Positions 1 to 18,391 of a stretch of 64,000 bases of DNA are shown in pieces. Numbering within the stretch: the first letter of the stretch is position 1; each line of letters starts with the position of its first letter. Under the pieces are notes generated by a model, which saw nothing but the letters and a program-made list of their open reading frames with translations, had not been told where the DNA came from and searched no databases. The translations under genes and the position numbers were made by a program. Location: assembly GCF_009914755.1 (NCBI RefSeq), contig NC_060934.1; one strand, 5' to 3'. Source of the stretch: the human T2T-CHM13v2.0 reference genome, Homo sapiens.

Positions 1-337
1 GTAGCCTATGGGTTTTAACATTAGACTATATAGCAGAAAATATTAACCTAACATAGATCTTGTCCCAGCAGTAAATGACATTTATATCATCATAATTATA
101 TAAATACTCTTCATTGCTTTTCAGTATCTGGATACTTTCTACAGAAAACTGTAAATAATTTGGCTGGGATTGCAGAACAAAATGTAATAACACCAATGAT
201 AAAGTAAAAATAAACGTGTTAGTGAAAATGGCAAAAGTCTTGAAAGGGTATAGGGGACATAGATAAAAGGACATCAGTATTAATATTCTCATCTTACAGA
301 GCTGTAAGAGCATCAAGAAATATTGCCAAAAGACCAA

Positions 338-846
338 AAAGATATCTGCACTCCCATGTTTATCACAGCACTATTTACAGTAGCCATGATATGGAATCAG
401 CCTAAGTGTCCATCAACAGATGAATGGATAAAGAATATGTAGCACACATACACAATGGAATACTACTCAGCCACAAAAAGAATAAAATCCTGTCATTTGT
501 GACAATGTGGATGAACATGGAGGACAGTACGTGAAGTGAAATAAGCCAGGCACAGAAAGACAAATACTGCATGATTTTACTTATATGTGGAATCTAAAAT
601 AAGTTGATCTCAAAGAAGCAGAGGGTAGAATGGTGGATACCAGATGCTGAGGACTTTAGTTGGGAGGTGGGGGTGAGGAGGTGTTGATTAAAGAATACAT
701 AATTACAGTTACATAGGAGGAATAATTTCCAAGAGATCTATTGTGGAACAAGGCAACTATAGGTAATGATGATACATTGTATTCTGTAAAAATGTAAAGA
801 GAACAGATGTTATGTATTATCACTAAAAAAATGATAACTATGTAAG
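338..846 (+). mobile_element. L1MA-type LINE-1 3' fragment (end of ORF2 plus 3' UTR)
   Basis: Matches L1MA 3' motifs (gatatctgcactcccatgtt, cctaagtgtccatcaacagatgaatgg, ataagccaggcacagaaagacaaatactgcatg). Boundaries approximate. Confidence 0.8.
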
Positions 847-849
847 AAA

Positions 850-1198
850 AAAAGTCAGGTAATGACAAGTGCTGGCGTGGGTAAGAGAAATTGGAACCCT
901 TTGCATTGCTGGTGGGAATGTAAAATGCTGCAGCCTCTGTGGAAAACAGTGGTGGTTTCTCAAAAAGCTAGATCTAAAATTACCATATGATTCACAATTT
1001 CACTCCTAGGTATATATCCAGAAGAACTGACAGTGGGGACTCAAAAGGATACTTGTACATCAATGTTAATAGCAGCATTATTCACAATAGCCAAAAAGGT
1101 GGAAAAAACTCAAGTGTCCATTACTAATAAATATATAAACAAAATGTGGTATATCAATACATTGGAATATTATTCACCCATAAAAAGGAATGAAGCAC
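850..1198 (+). mobile_element. Old L1M (L1MB-like) ORF2 C-terminal fragment
   Basis: attgctggtgggaatgtaaaatg...; ORF 1033-1281 translates to an L1 ORF2 C-terminus-like peptide (KDTCTSMLIAALFTIAK...KMWYINTLEYYSPIKRNE). Confidence 0.75.
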
Positions 1199-1199
1199 T

Positions 1200-6966
<5,767 letters not shown>

Positions 6967-6967
6967 G

Positions 6968-9142
6968 GTAATTGCCCAGACCAATGTCAAGACACTTTTC
7001 CCCTGTGATATCTTCTAGCAATTTTACAAGTTTTGGGTCTTATTGTTTTAGTTTTTCATCCATTTTGAATTAAATTTTGCATATGGTGTTAAATAAGGAT
7101 CCAATTTCATTCCTCAGTGTGTGTATATCCAGTATCCCAATATCATACATTAAAGACATTATCTCTTCCCCATTGTGAGTTCTCAGAACCGTTGTTAAAG
7201 ATCAGTTGACTAAAAATGTGTGGGTTTATTGCTGGGTTCTCTGTTCTGTTACATTGATCTATATGTCTATTTTTATGCCAGAACCATTCTCTTTTTATTA
7301 GCTTAGCTTTGTAATAATATTTTGAAATCAGAGAGTATGATGCCTCCAACTTTGTTCTTCTTGCTCAAGATTGCTTTGACTATTCAGGGTCTTTTGTGGT
7401 TCCATGTGAATTTTAGAATTGTTTTACTATTTCTGTGAAAAATGCCATTGGAATTTTGATATGAATTGCATTGAATCTGTAGATGGCTTTTTGTAGTAGA
7501 GACATTTTAACAATATTATTTGAATTCATAAACATGGGTATCTTCCCATTTATTTGTATCTTATTTATTTCTTTCATTAATGTTTTATAGTTTTTAGTAT
7601 GCAAATCTTTCACTTTTTGGTTAATTTTATTCTTAAGTATTTTGTTCTGATGCTATTGTAATGGGGTTTTAAAAAATATCATTTTCAGATAGCTTGTTGT
7701 TAATATATATAAACACTACTGATATTTGTATGTTGATTTTATATCCTGCAACCTGTACTGAATTCATTTATTAATTCTAACAATTTTTTAGTGAAGTATT
7801 TAGGGTTTTCCCTATATAAAACGATGTCATCTGTAAACAGACAATTTCACTTTTTCCTTTTTATTAATAATTTGTTTATGATTTAGCCTTGGCAGGTTTC
7901 ATTTCTTTTTTGTTGTCCACTTGGTCTGGGTAGGACTTCTAGTACTATGTTGAATATAAGTGATAAGAATGGACATCCTTGTCTTGTTACTAATCTTAGA
8001 AGAAAAGCTTTTGGCTTTTTACTGTTGAATATGATTTTGGCTGTGGGCATGTCATATATGACCTTTATTATGTTGAGATACATTCTTTGTATATCAATTT
8101 GTTTAGAGTTTTATCATAAAGAATGTTGAATTTTATCCAATAATTTTTCTGCATCTATTGAGATGATCACATGGTTTTTGTCCTTTAGTCTGTTAATATG
8201 GTATATCACATTTAGTGATTTGTGTATACTGAACATCTTGCATCTTCGGAATAAATCTCACTTGATCATGATAAATTAGTCTCTTACTGTGCTGTTGAAT
8301 TTGCTTTGCTAGTATTTTACTGAGAATTTTTGCATTTTTGTCCATCAGTGATACTTTCCTATAATTTTCTTTTCTTGTAGTGACCTTGTCCAGCTTTGGT
8401 ATCAGGTCTTTGATATGAGCTTTGGTATCACTAAAGTTGGTCTCATAAAATGGCTTTGAAAGTGTTCCCTCCTCTTCAATTTTTTGGATGAGTTTGAGAA
8501 GGAATGGTATTAATTCTTTAAATGTTTGGTAGAGTTCACTTGTGAATCCATCTGGTCCTGGGCATTACTTTGTTAGAAGGTTTTTGACAACTGAGAATCT
8601 TACTTATTTTTGGTCTGTTCAGGTTTTCTATTTGTTTATGGTTTAATCTTCATAGGTTGTATGCTTCCAGAAATTTCTCCATTTTGTCTAGGTTATCCAA
8701 TATGTGGTGTACAATTGCTTGTAGTAGTCTCTTATAATCCTTTGTATTTCTGTGGTATCAGTTGTAACATCCCATTTTTCCTTTATAATTTTATTTAAGT
8801 CTTCTCTCTTTTTTGTTTAGTCTAACTAACATGGGAATAATAAAAATGAGAACAGAAATAAATGAAATAGACATTAGAAAACCCGTAGAAAAGATCAAGG
8901 AAGCTAAGAGTTGGCTTTTTGAAAAGATAACATCAACAAAGCAACTCCTAGCTTTCTTGATCTTTTCTATTTGTTTCTTAATCTCTATTTCATTTACTTC
9001 TGTTCTCGTCTTTATTATTTCCTTCCTTCTGCTAACTTTCGGTTTCATTTGTTCTTCTTTTTCTAATTCCTTGAGATAAAAAGTTCATTAAGATCTTTCT
9101 TTTTTCTTAATGTAGGCATTTATTACTATAAACCTCCTTCTT
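6968..9142 (-). mobile_element. Old L1M ORF2 segment, antisense
   Basis: Minus-strand ORFs give ORF2 peptides ([51 protein letters not shown]). Confidence 0.85.
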
Positions 9143-9582
9143 CATTTATAATTCTGACAGTGAAAATTTCAACATAAAATTATTTACCCAGAACAAAATA
9201 GCTTCCAAATATGAAGACATGACTGCCATTGTCAACCAATATGGAGTAAGCCAACTACAGTGTATATTTCATACTGACTACAACTAAAATCTCTGGACAG
9301 AATACAAATGGCAATTACCTAAGAACTCCGAAAAGTAAACAGTAGCAAGCGGACTGGGGACTTAACTTACAATCTGGACAATGATCTGTAATGAAGGTGA
9401 GTTTCATGGTCTTATGTTCTTCCTTTACCTCCAGTCTTTGACTAAGATAAGGCCCAAGTGGCAGAACAGTGTGATAGGCGCTAAAAGTAGAAATTCTGAA
9501 AAACAAAGCATTATTTCTAGCCATAGAATCAGAAAAAGAGGCCCCCCGCAACATGCCAGACAGTTTGAGAATACTCATTTAC

Positions 9583-9675
9583 CTCCGCTCCCCTCCCCTC
9601 CTCTCCCCTGTCTTCCCCTCCCCTCCCCTCTTCTCCTCTCCTTTCCTTCCCTTTCTTTTCTTCTCATTTCTCTCC
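9583..9675 (+). repeat. C/T-rich low-complexity tract
   Basis: (cccct/ctt)n run visible directly. Confidence 0.8.
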
Positions 9676-12177
9676 CAGCCCTGCCCATAGGACTAGCCAC
9701 TTACAGAGTTTTATGGCTATGACATTGATGACAGAGGCACCTAAGATCCTGAAAAGGGACTTGTCTCTCTGCACAGAAGAATTGAAAAATGGGACCTTGT
9801 TCCTTAAATAATGTGGAAGAATTTCCTTTTTAAAAAATCCCTCTTTCTCACCAGTTTGCCTCTAAAGAAGTCCCAGTCTCACAGAACTGAAAACCTGGCG
9901 GGGGTGGGGGGTGGGGGGTGCTAAAACCTTGAGAAAAAAGATAATATATTTGGAACAAAAGAAGTGAGGAAAAGTCTCTTAAATCCAGAGAGAAGGAGAG
10001 AGACAGAGAGAAAATGTTCGGGGCTGGAGGATTCCCAAGAAGAGAACACTGGAGAAGGGGACTCATCTAATTCTGGATATGAAACAGCAGAAGTACCAGG
10101 ATCATGCTGGAGTTACCTGCAGGCAAAAGAGACCCAAAGAAGCACAGAAAAGTATTTAAGAATTGAAATGTGATAAAACCATGGGCCAAGTCCCAAACTA
10201 ATTTCTGAGTGGTACATGTACTGGGTAGACTCAAACTTTAATAACAGAACTGACATTGAAACCACCATGCATGGGAGATGAGACCAAATTTACAGTCTGA
10301 ACATAACCACATTGATCCCATACTTTTAAAAAAAATGGGACACAGGTTCTGACAATGTAACATTCAAAATGTCCAGAATATGATTCATATTAAGCCACAT
10401 GAAAAAAATAATAAAACAAAACAAAAAGAAAGTCTGACCAATTCTCAAGAGAAAAGACAATCAGCAGAGGACAATCCTGAGATGATCCAGACATTGTATT
10501 ATCAAATAATAATAACAATTATCAAAGACTTGAAAGCAGCCAGTATAGCCATCACCCATGATGTAGTGATGAACATGTTTTAAATGAATAAAATATGCCT
10601 AAGAAATAGAAAGCATAAAATAGAACCAGATGAAAATTTTAGAGCTAAAATATATAATATTTGAAATAAAACCTTTACTTGATGGGCCTAATACCAGAAC
10701 AAAAATGACAGAAGAAAAAAATCAATAAACTTAAAGATAAAACAGGAGAAATATACAATTTAAAGACAGATTTTTTTTTAATGAACATAGTCTCAGTGAA
10801 CTGTGAGACAATATCAAAAGGTTTAAGACTCATGTCATTGGCATCCCAAATGAGAAAAGAAAGACATTACTACAGGAAAAAAACATTTAAAGAAACAGTA
10901 GTTGAAAACTTCCCAAATTTGATTTAAAAAATAAACTTAACAAAATCAAGATTCTCAGTGACTCTCAAAACAATGTAAACTAAAAACCAAAACAAAACCC
11001 ATACATACCCAGACACATAATCATAAAACTGATTAAATCCAAGTATAAAGAAAAAAAATCTTGAAAATAGCCAGAGAAAAGCAACATATTACATATAAGA
11101 GAAAAATGATTTAAATGATCATGTACTTCTCATGTGTTCTCTGGAATCTTCTGCCAGCTCTCAAACATTTTCTCTATCTGGATTTAAAAGACTCTTTTCC
11201 TCACTTCTTTTGTTCCAAATATATATTTTTCTGACGAGAAAAGAGGGTTTTTTTCTTATATATTTATCATAAGAAACTATGGAGATCAGAAGAAAGTGAA
11301 ATATCTTCAAAGTGCTGAAAAAGAAAAGACTATATCTAGAGAATATATTTTTCAGGAATAAAGGTGTTACAAAGACATTTTCAGATGAAAAAAAAAAAAC
11401 TAGTAGAATCCATTGTGAAGAAACTTGCTCTAAAAGAAATGCAAAAGGAAGTCCTTTAGGCTAAACAGAAATGATGCCAAAGGGAAATGAACAAAGGAGA
11501 AGCAACAGAAATAGTAAATTTGGGGGTAAAGGTAATAGGCTATTTTTCTCCTCTCAAATAATTTAAAAGATGTATGGCAGTTTAAAGCAAAAATCACAAC
11601 ACTGTCTGAAGGAACTTCAACATACATAGATGTAATACATCAAACAACTATCCTCTTGCCCCTAGTTATTTAATGTATTAATTACATCTATGTATGTTGA
11701 AATTCCTTCAGATAATGTTATAATTTTGGTTATAATTATAATTTTTGTTATAATTTAGTAAAAATGGTAGAAATGGTCAAATACTAATTCTAAGTAAACT
11801 GAGAAAGGTTATGTATGTATTTTTTAATTCCTGAAGAGGTCATTAAAATACTGCAAATGTAGTCAAAAATCAATAAATTCAAATGGAACACTAAAAATAT
11901 TCATTTAATCCAAACAATGGGAGAAATGGGGGAATAGAGGTACCAAAAAAACATGAGGGGTATAAATAAATTTGTTAAAAGCAAATAAAAGACAAAAAGA
12001 AAGCAAATAAAAACAAATTTAGAAATCTATAGAACCATATCAATAATTAGATTAAATGTAAACGTACCAAAAAGTACAAACTTGTTAGATTTGATTTTTA
12101 AAAATAAATCCAATTATACGCTATGACAAGAAACCCACTTAAAATATAATTATATAAATAGGTTAAAAGGATGGATA

Positions 12178-12533
<356 letters not shown>

Positions 12534-13163
12534 TTAGGAATAAAAAAGGCCATAAAATTATGATAAACAGGTCAATTCACAAACAAAATATAACAATCCT
12601 AAAAGTACATGTACCTAATAAACTTCCAAAACATATGAAGCAAAAATTGACATAACTCAAAGAAGAAACAGCCAAATCTGCAATTACAAATGGAGACTTC
12701 AACACTTCTCTCTCAGTAATCAATAGAACAAGTAGATGGAGACCTGAACAATACTATCAACCTACTTAACCTAACAGAAACTTGAAGAACACTGAAGACA
12801 ACTATAGTAAAGTACATTCTTTAGCAGTGCTCATAACACTCACCAAGACAGACCATATTCTGGGCCACAACTTAAGCAAATATAAAAGAACTCAAATCAT
12901 ACAAAGTATTTTATATGACCATAATGGCATTAACCCAGAAATTAGTAACAGAAAGGTAACATCTGGAAAATTCTCCCAAATATTGGGAAATTAAACTACT
13001 GCTATAAGTTACTTTTAGGTAAAAGACAAGTCAGAAGGGAAATCATAACATATATTCAATGGAATAAAAATGAAAATAGAACATATCGAAATTTGTGTGA
13101 TGTAGCCAAAGCAGTGCTTACAGGAAAATTGATAGCAAAAAATGCTCTTATTTAAAATGAAGA

Positions 13164-13458
13164 GGCCAGGCATGGTGGCTCACGTCTGTAATCCCAGCAC
13201 TTTGGGAGGCCGAGACGGGTGGATCATGAGGTCAGGAGTTCAAGACCAGCCTGGCCAAGATGCTGAAACCCCATCTCTACTAAAAATACAAAAATTAGCC
13301 AGGCATGGCATGGTGGCACGTGCCTGTAATCCCAGTTACTCAGGAGGCTGAGGCAGGAGAATCACTTGAACCCTGGTGGCAGAGGTTGCAGTGAGCCAAG
13401 ATCACGCCACTGCACTCCAGCCTGGGTGACAGAGCAAGACTCTGTCTAAATAAAAAAA
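13164..13458 (+). mobile_element. Alu (AluSg-like)
   Basis: Full dimer; TSD taaaatgaaga at 13153-13163 and 13459-13469. Confidence 0.93.
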
Positions 13459-14247
13459 TAAAATGAAGAGAGGTTTCACATCATTAATCTAATCATCTAC
13501 CTTAAGAAGCTATAAAAAGAAAAGCAAATAAAATCTAAAGCAAGCAGAAAGAAATAGAGTAGAAATAAAATTGAAATAAATAAAAATCAATCAACTAAAA
13601 GCTGGCTCTTCAAAAAGATCAGTAAAATTGATAAAACTCTAACAGACCAAAAACGAGCTGAGAGACATACAAATTACCAGTATCAAGAAGGGAAGAGATG
13701 AATCAATATAAACCATATAAATATTAAAAGGAAAATAAAATATTATGAACTATCCACTATCCATAAATTCAAGAATAACGTCCATAAAACAGAACAATGC
13801 CTTGAGAGACACAAACTACCAAAATTCATTCGAGAAAAAACAGAAAATAGGAATAATCATATATCTACCAAGGAAATTGAATTCATAGTTTAAAACCTTC
13901 AACAAAGAAAACCACAGAACATACACTAGTTGATTTCACTGCTGACACCAATTCTACATCAGTAAACATTTAAGGAAGAAATAATACCATTTCTAAACAA
14001 TCTCTTCCTGAAAACAGAAGGAAATAGTTCTTAATGCATTTTGAGGCCAGCATTATCCTTGTAACAAAATGAAATAAAGACATTACAAGAAATAAAAGAT
14101 ATAAGCCAACATCTCTCATAAAAATGTAATAAAAATCCCCAACAAAATATTAACAAATTAATTCACAAATGTAAAGAAAAATAACACAACCAAGTGGAGT
14201 TTATTCCAGCAATGAAAGGCTGATTCAACATTCAAAATTAAATCAAT

Positions 14248-14571
<324 letters not shown>

Positions 14572-14789
14572 TCAATGTAATTCACCATATTAACAGACTA
14601 CATAAGAAACAGCACATGATAATTTCAACAGATGCTGAGAATATATCCGACAAAATTCAACATTAATTCATTATTTTAAAAAATTCATAGCTATGAACTT
14701 CTTTAGTTTGATAAATGGCATCTACAAAATGTTCCAGCTAATGTCATATTTAATAGTGAAAAATTGAATGTTTTCTCTCTCCAGAGAAG

Positions 14790-15880
14790 CTTTTTCACTT
14801 GTGTACAAGGAGACAAGAACAAGAATTTTGACTGAAAGGCTATTTGCAATAAGAATAAATTAGAAATAGCCTAAATGTCCATCTATAAGAATTGATAAGT
14901 AATTTTTTGAAAAATAAACCAGAGTTACATGTATTAACAGAAATAAATCTCAAAAACATAATTTACAGAGAAAAACAAGGGAGTTGCCTAATAATACATG
15001 CAGCATGATACTATTTGTATGATGGTTAAGACATACAAAATAGTACTATACAATTTATTATGGAAATACATTATATGTTTATATAATACATGATATATAC
15101 ATGTATATGTTATGCATATTGCACTATATATACTATATATATTATACTGTATATACATATATGTATATTATGTAATGCTATATATAATGTGTAGTTATAT
15201 ACAATACTATAACATGTATAGTATATGTTAATATGTAATATTTATTAATATTTATTTTAAATATATTATTTATGTATCTATAAATTATATCAATATTTTT
15301 ATACATGATATATAATAAATTCATATATAAACATACATGTATTTTTAATGTATCAATACTATATAGTTATATATTACTACATCATATATAAATATGTATA
15401 AATTTAATATACTATATACTTATTTAATATATATTACTATATAAACATTTATATCCTTGAAAGACATATATTCTATATAAACATTTATATAGAAATATAT
15501 ATTAAATAAGCATATAATATATTAAACTGATACATATTTATATATGGCATAGTAATATATAACTATATAATAGTGATACATTAAAAATAACTATCTGTTT
15601 ATATAGTATAAGTAAAATAAAACAAAGGGAAATGTAAATTAAAAATTCAGGATACTTTACCTCCTCTGTGTTATACTGGAAAATAATGGGATTGGAGAGA
15701 AATACTCAGGCAGGTTTAAATTATGTCTATACTCTTATTTCTTCTAAAATATTGGAAGCAAATAGTCCTTGTGTAAAGATTTATCAGTCTTAACAAAGTT
15801 ACTTACTGGTGGGTGATGGGTGTTTGTCACATAATTCCCTACACTTTTTTGTATAGTTTTATTTTTTCCTAATAAAAATA
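14790..15880 (+). mobile_element. L1ME-like 3' end fragments flanking an AT-rich expansion
   Basis: gcctaaatgtccatc, aataaatctcaaaaacataat, aaattcaggat... motifs typical of old L1 3' UTRs. Confidence 0.55.
15055..15610. repeat. (TA)n-rich low-complexity region
   Basis: Almost entirely TA/TATA units, with an internal direct repeat ctatataaacatttatat. Confidence 0.9.
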
Positions 15881-16375
15881 CTAGAAGGAAAAAAAGTTCA
15901 ACACACTTACTTGTTCCAATTAAAAAGTTTGTCTCTGGAGAGAAGGGCTGGGATAGGTGGTGGTAGGAGGAAAGCGGGCAGGAGACTCTTGCTTTTCACC
16001 GTGAGCTCCTCTTTACTATTTGATTTGTTTTTGTCAGTTTATAATTCTCACAAAATTATTTTTGTTTTAATAAAAATGAACTGATAGTAGAAAATGGTGA
16101 GCACAATTTCAGATTCTAAATTATTTGATGACTTGATCATATTTGATCTTGTAGTTTTCAAGTTTAGCATCAGTACCCAGCACAGAGTGGTTACTAAGTA
16201 CATGTTTACTGTTTGTTTTATTTTATTTACTAAATATTATAGTCCACATATATAAATATGATGTCTGTTTTCTAATCACTGGCCCCAAATTTATTCTGTT
16301 CCCTTGGACAAATCATTTAACTCTATGGTACTTCAGATTCCTTGTTTTACAAAAGTCAATAATAATACTTGTCTC

Positions 16376-16672
16376 AGCTGGTCATGGTGGCCCACGCCTG
16401 TAATCCCAGCACTTCGGGATGTTGAGGCAGGTGGATACTTGAGGTCAGGAGTTCAAGACCAGCCTGGCCAACATCGTGAAACCTCATCTCTGCTAAAAAT
16501 ACAAAAATTAGCCAGGCTGGTGGCAAGCACCTGTAATCCCAGCTACTCAGACCGAAGCAGGAGAATTGCTTGAACCTGGGAGGCAGAGGTTGCAGTGAAG
16601 GGAGATCGCGCCACTGCACTCCAGCCTGCATGACAGAGCAAGACTCCATCTCAAATAATAGTAATAATCATA
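16376..16672 (+). mobile_element. Alu (AluS) inserted in a MIR fragment
   Basis: Full dimer; TSD approximately aataat(a)acttgtct; flank ccttggacaaatcatttaactct... is MIR-like. Confidence 0.9.
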
Positions 16673-17920
16673 ATAATAACTTGTCTATGTCCCAACATTA
16701 AGTTTCAAATAAGAAAATGGATATCAATAAACTGTTCTTGAAAGGTATAAAGTATACGCAAATTGAAGAAATGTAGGAGACCACTGGAAGATTGGGAAGA
16801 ATTCTCAAGAGATCATATCATCACATAAATATCCACAGTCCATGGTTTTCCAGAACATGTTAGTGACCATAAAAAACACCCTCTTTCCATATATGTGTCT
16901 TGAAAGTCTGAATATAGCTTGTTGTTTTGGTGGAGTGGAGGTGGGAGTTGGGGGATGATATTTTGTGTAGAAATATTATGGAAATGGACATCTTTAGTCA
17001 TAATTAAAGATGTTTTCTTAGGAAGAAATTTCTTAAGATGGCATGATGACACACTACTCAGTTTCTGGCAAAGGTTCCACTGAGCCTGTGATAAAGCAGT
17101 AACAAGTATAACACTTCTTACTTGACTTAAAACCATTTTGGCTCTAGGACAGACCTGGCTGTCCCATGAGTGCGGGGTGTGGGTGCTAAATAATCCAGGG
17201 AAGAGCAATGACTATGTAGAGATATGGGGCCTCTCTCCAAATATTGTGATTCTAATGTGAGACTATAAAGAGCTAGCCTCGGAAGGAAGGAGATGGTTAA
17301 GAAAAGAGGTCACCAAATATTTGTTGGCACTGAATTAGTCACTTGGGTACTGAGTATAATCAAAGCTGAGACATGGTCCTTGCTTTCAAGGAATTTATAG
17401 GCTGAGACATAAGTAACTTGGACACCACCAGCAGACTATCAACATGGGATGGAATAATGAGTCAAAAACATATGCACTATTCATATTGATCACATACAAA
17501 AGCCACACTTTTATATTACTAGTATATTATTTTTCTTTTGGATACAAAGATGGAATGTTATTGCTAAGTTTGAAGAGTCTATCTAAAAGGTCCAAAGTAT
17601 ATCTAGAAAGAGAAATCCCTTTGCCCAAACCACTGAAATAGTAATAGGGCACGCACTTGGTGACATATCTCAAAGTTCCCAGAAATAGTCCAAGTGGCCT
17701 CGCATGGCTAGAAAGTTCTCCGCTTTTAATTTTGTTGTGTTCCAAAGACTTACTTGTGAGTCAGCTGTTGGAAACTTGGTATGTGTTTTCACATTGAAAG
17801 AAAGCCACAAGTGAGGGTCATTTCTTTAGATGGGCCAAAAAAAGGTTGTACAAATCCATTCTGAATAAGGAATTATAATACTAATGGAATGGTGGAATCT
17901 GATCCCTAGGTGTAACTATC

Positions 17921-17968
17921 TGTGTGTATATATGTGTTTGTGTATGTGTGTGCATGTGTATGTGTGTG
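17921..17968. repeat. Imperfect (TG)n microsatellite
   Basis: Seen directly. Confidence 0.8.
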
Positions 17969-18391
17969 CCATGAAAATGCACCACTCACATCTGCCACAG
18001 GGAGCATAACTGATTAATGGTTCTAGCTACTCCTCTTCTACATATATCACTGCATTTGTGCCAAGGTCACACTTCCCATGAGCTGCTTCTAGTCAATGAC
18101 TGAACACAGTAGCCAAGGATATTAAGGCAGGTTTATTCCAGCAAATTATAGGACTCTTCCTGCAGATAATTTTGGCTTGAGGACTCCCCATGAGCCTGGC
18201 TGAATCATTTTTGGAAATGCCCTAGTCTAAGATGCCTTCCCCTCTCCTCGCCTCCCCTCCCCCCAACCACAGACATTAGACTGGTCTGAAGGCTTTCTTC
18301 ACCTTCACCAGTTCCTCCCTGCTTCCAATCAATCTCTGGAACATCTAATCGTATCTTAGTGTCTGCTTCTTGGTAGACTCAATCTACTGCA
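17965..18391 (+). mobile_element. LTR16-type ERVL long terminal repeat
   Basis: LTR16-like motifs (gggagcataactga, cacacttcccatgagctgct...caatgactga, catctaatcgtatcttagtgtctgcttct) followed directly by ERVL internal sequence. Confidence 0.7.

Noticed and set aside
1-337. Possible HAL1/L1-derived fragment
   Set aside because: Resemblance too weak to call without an alignment.
15055-15610. Hairpins within the TA-rich tract
   Set aside because: Self-complementarity is expected from (TA)n composition alone.
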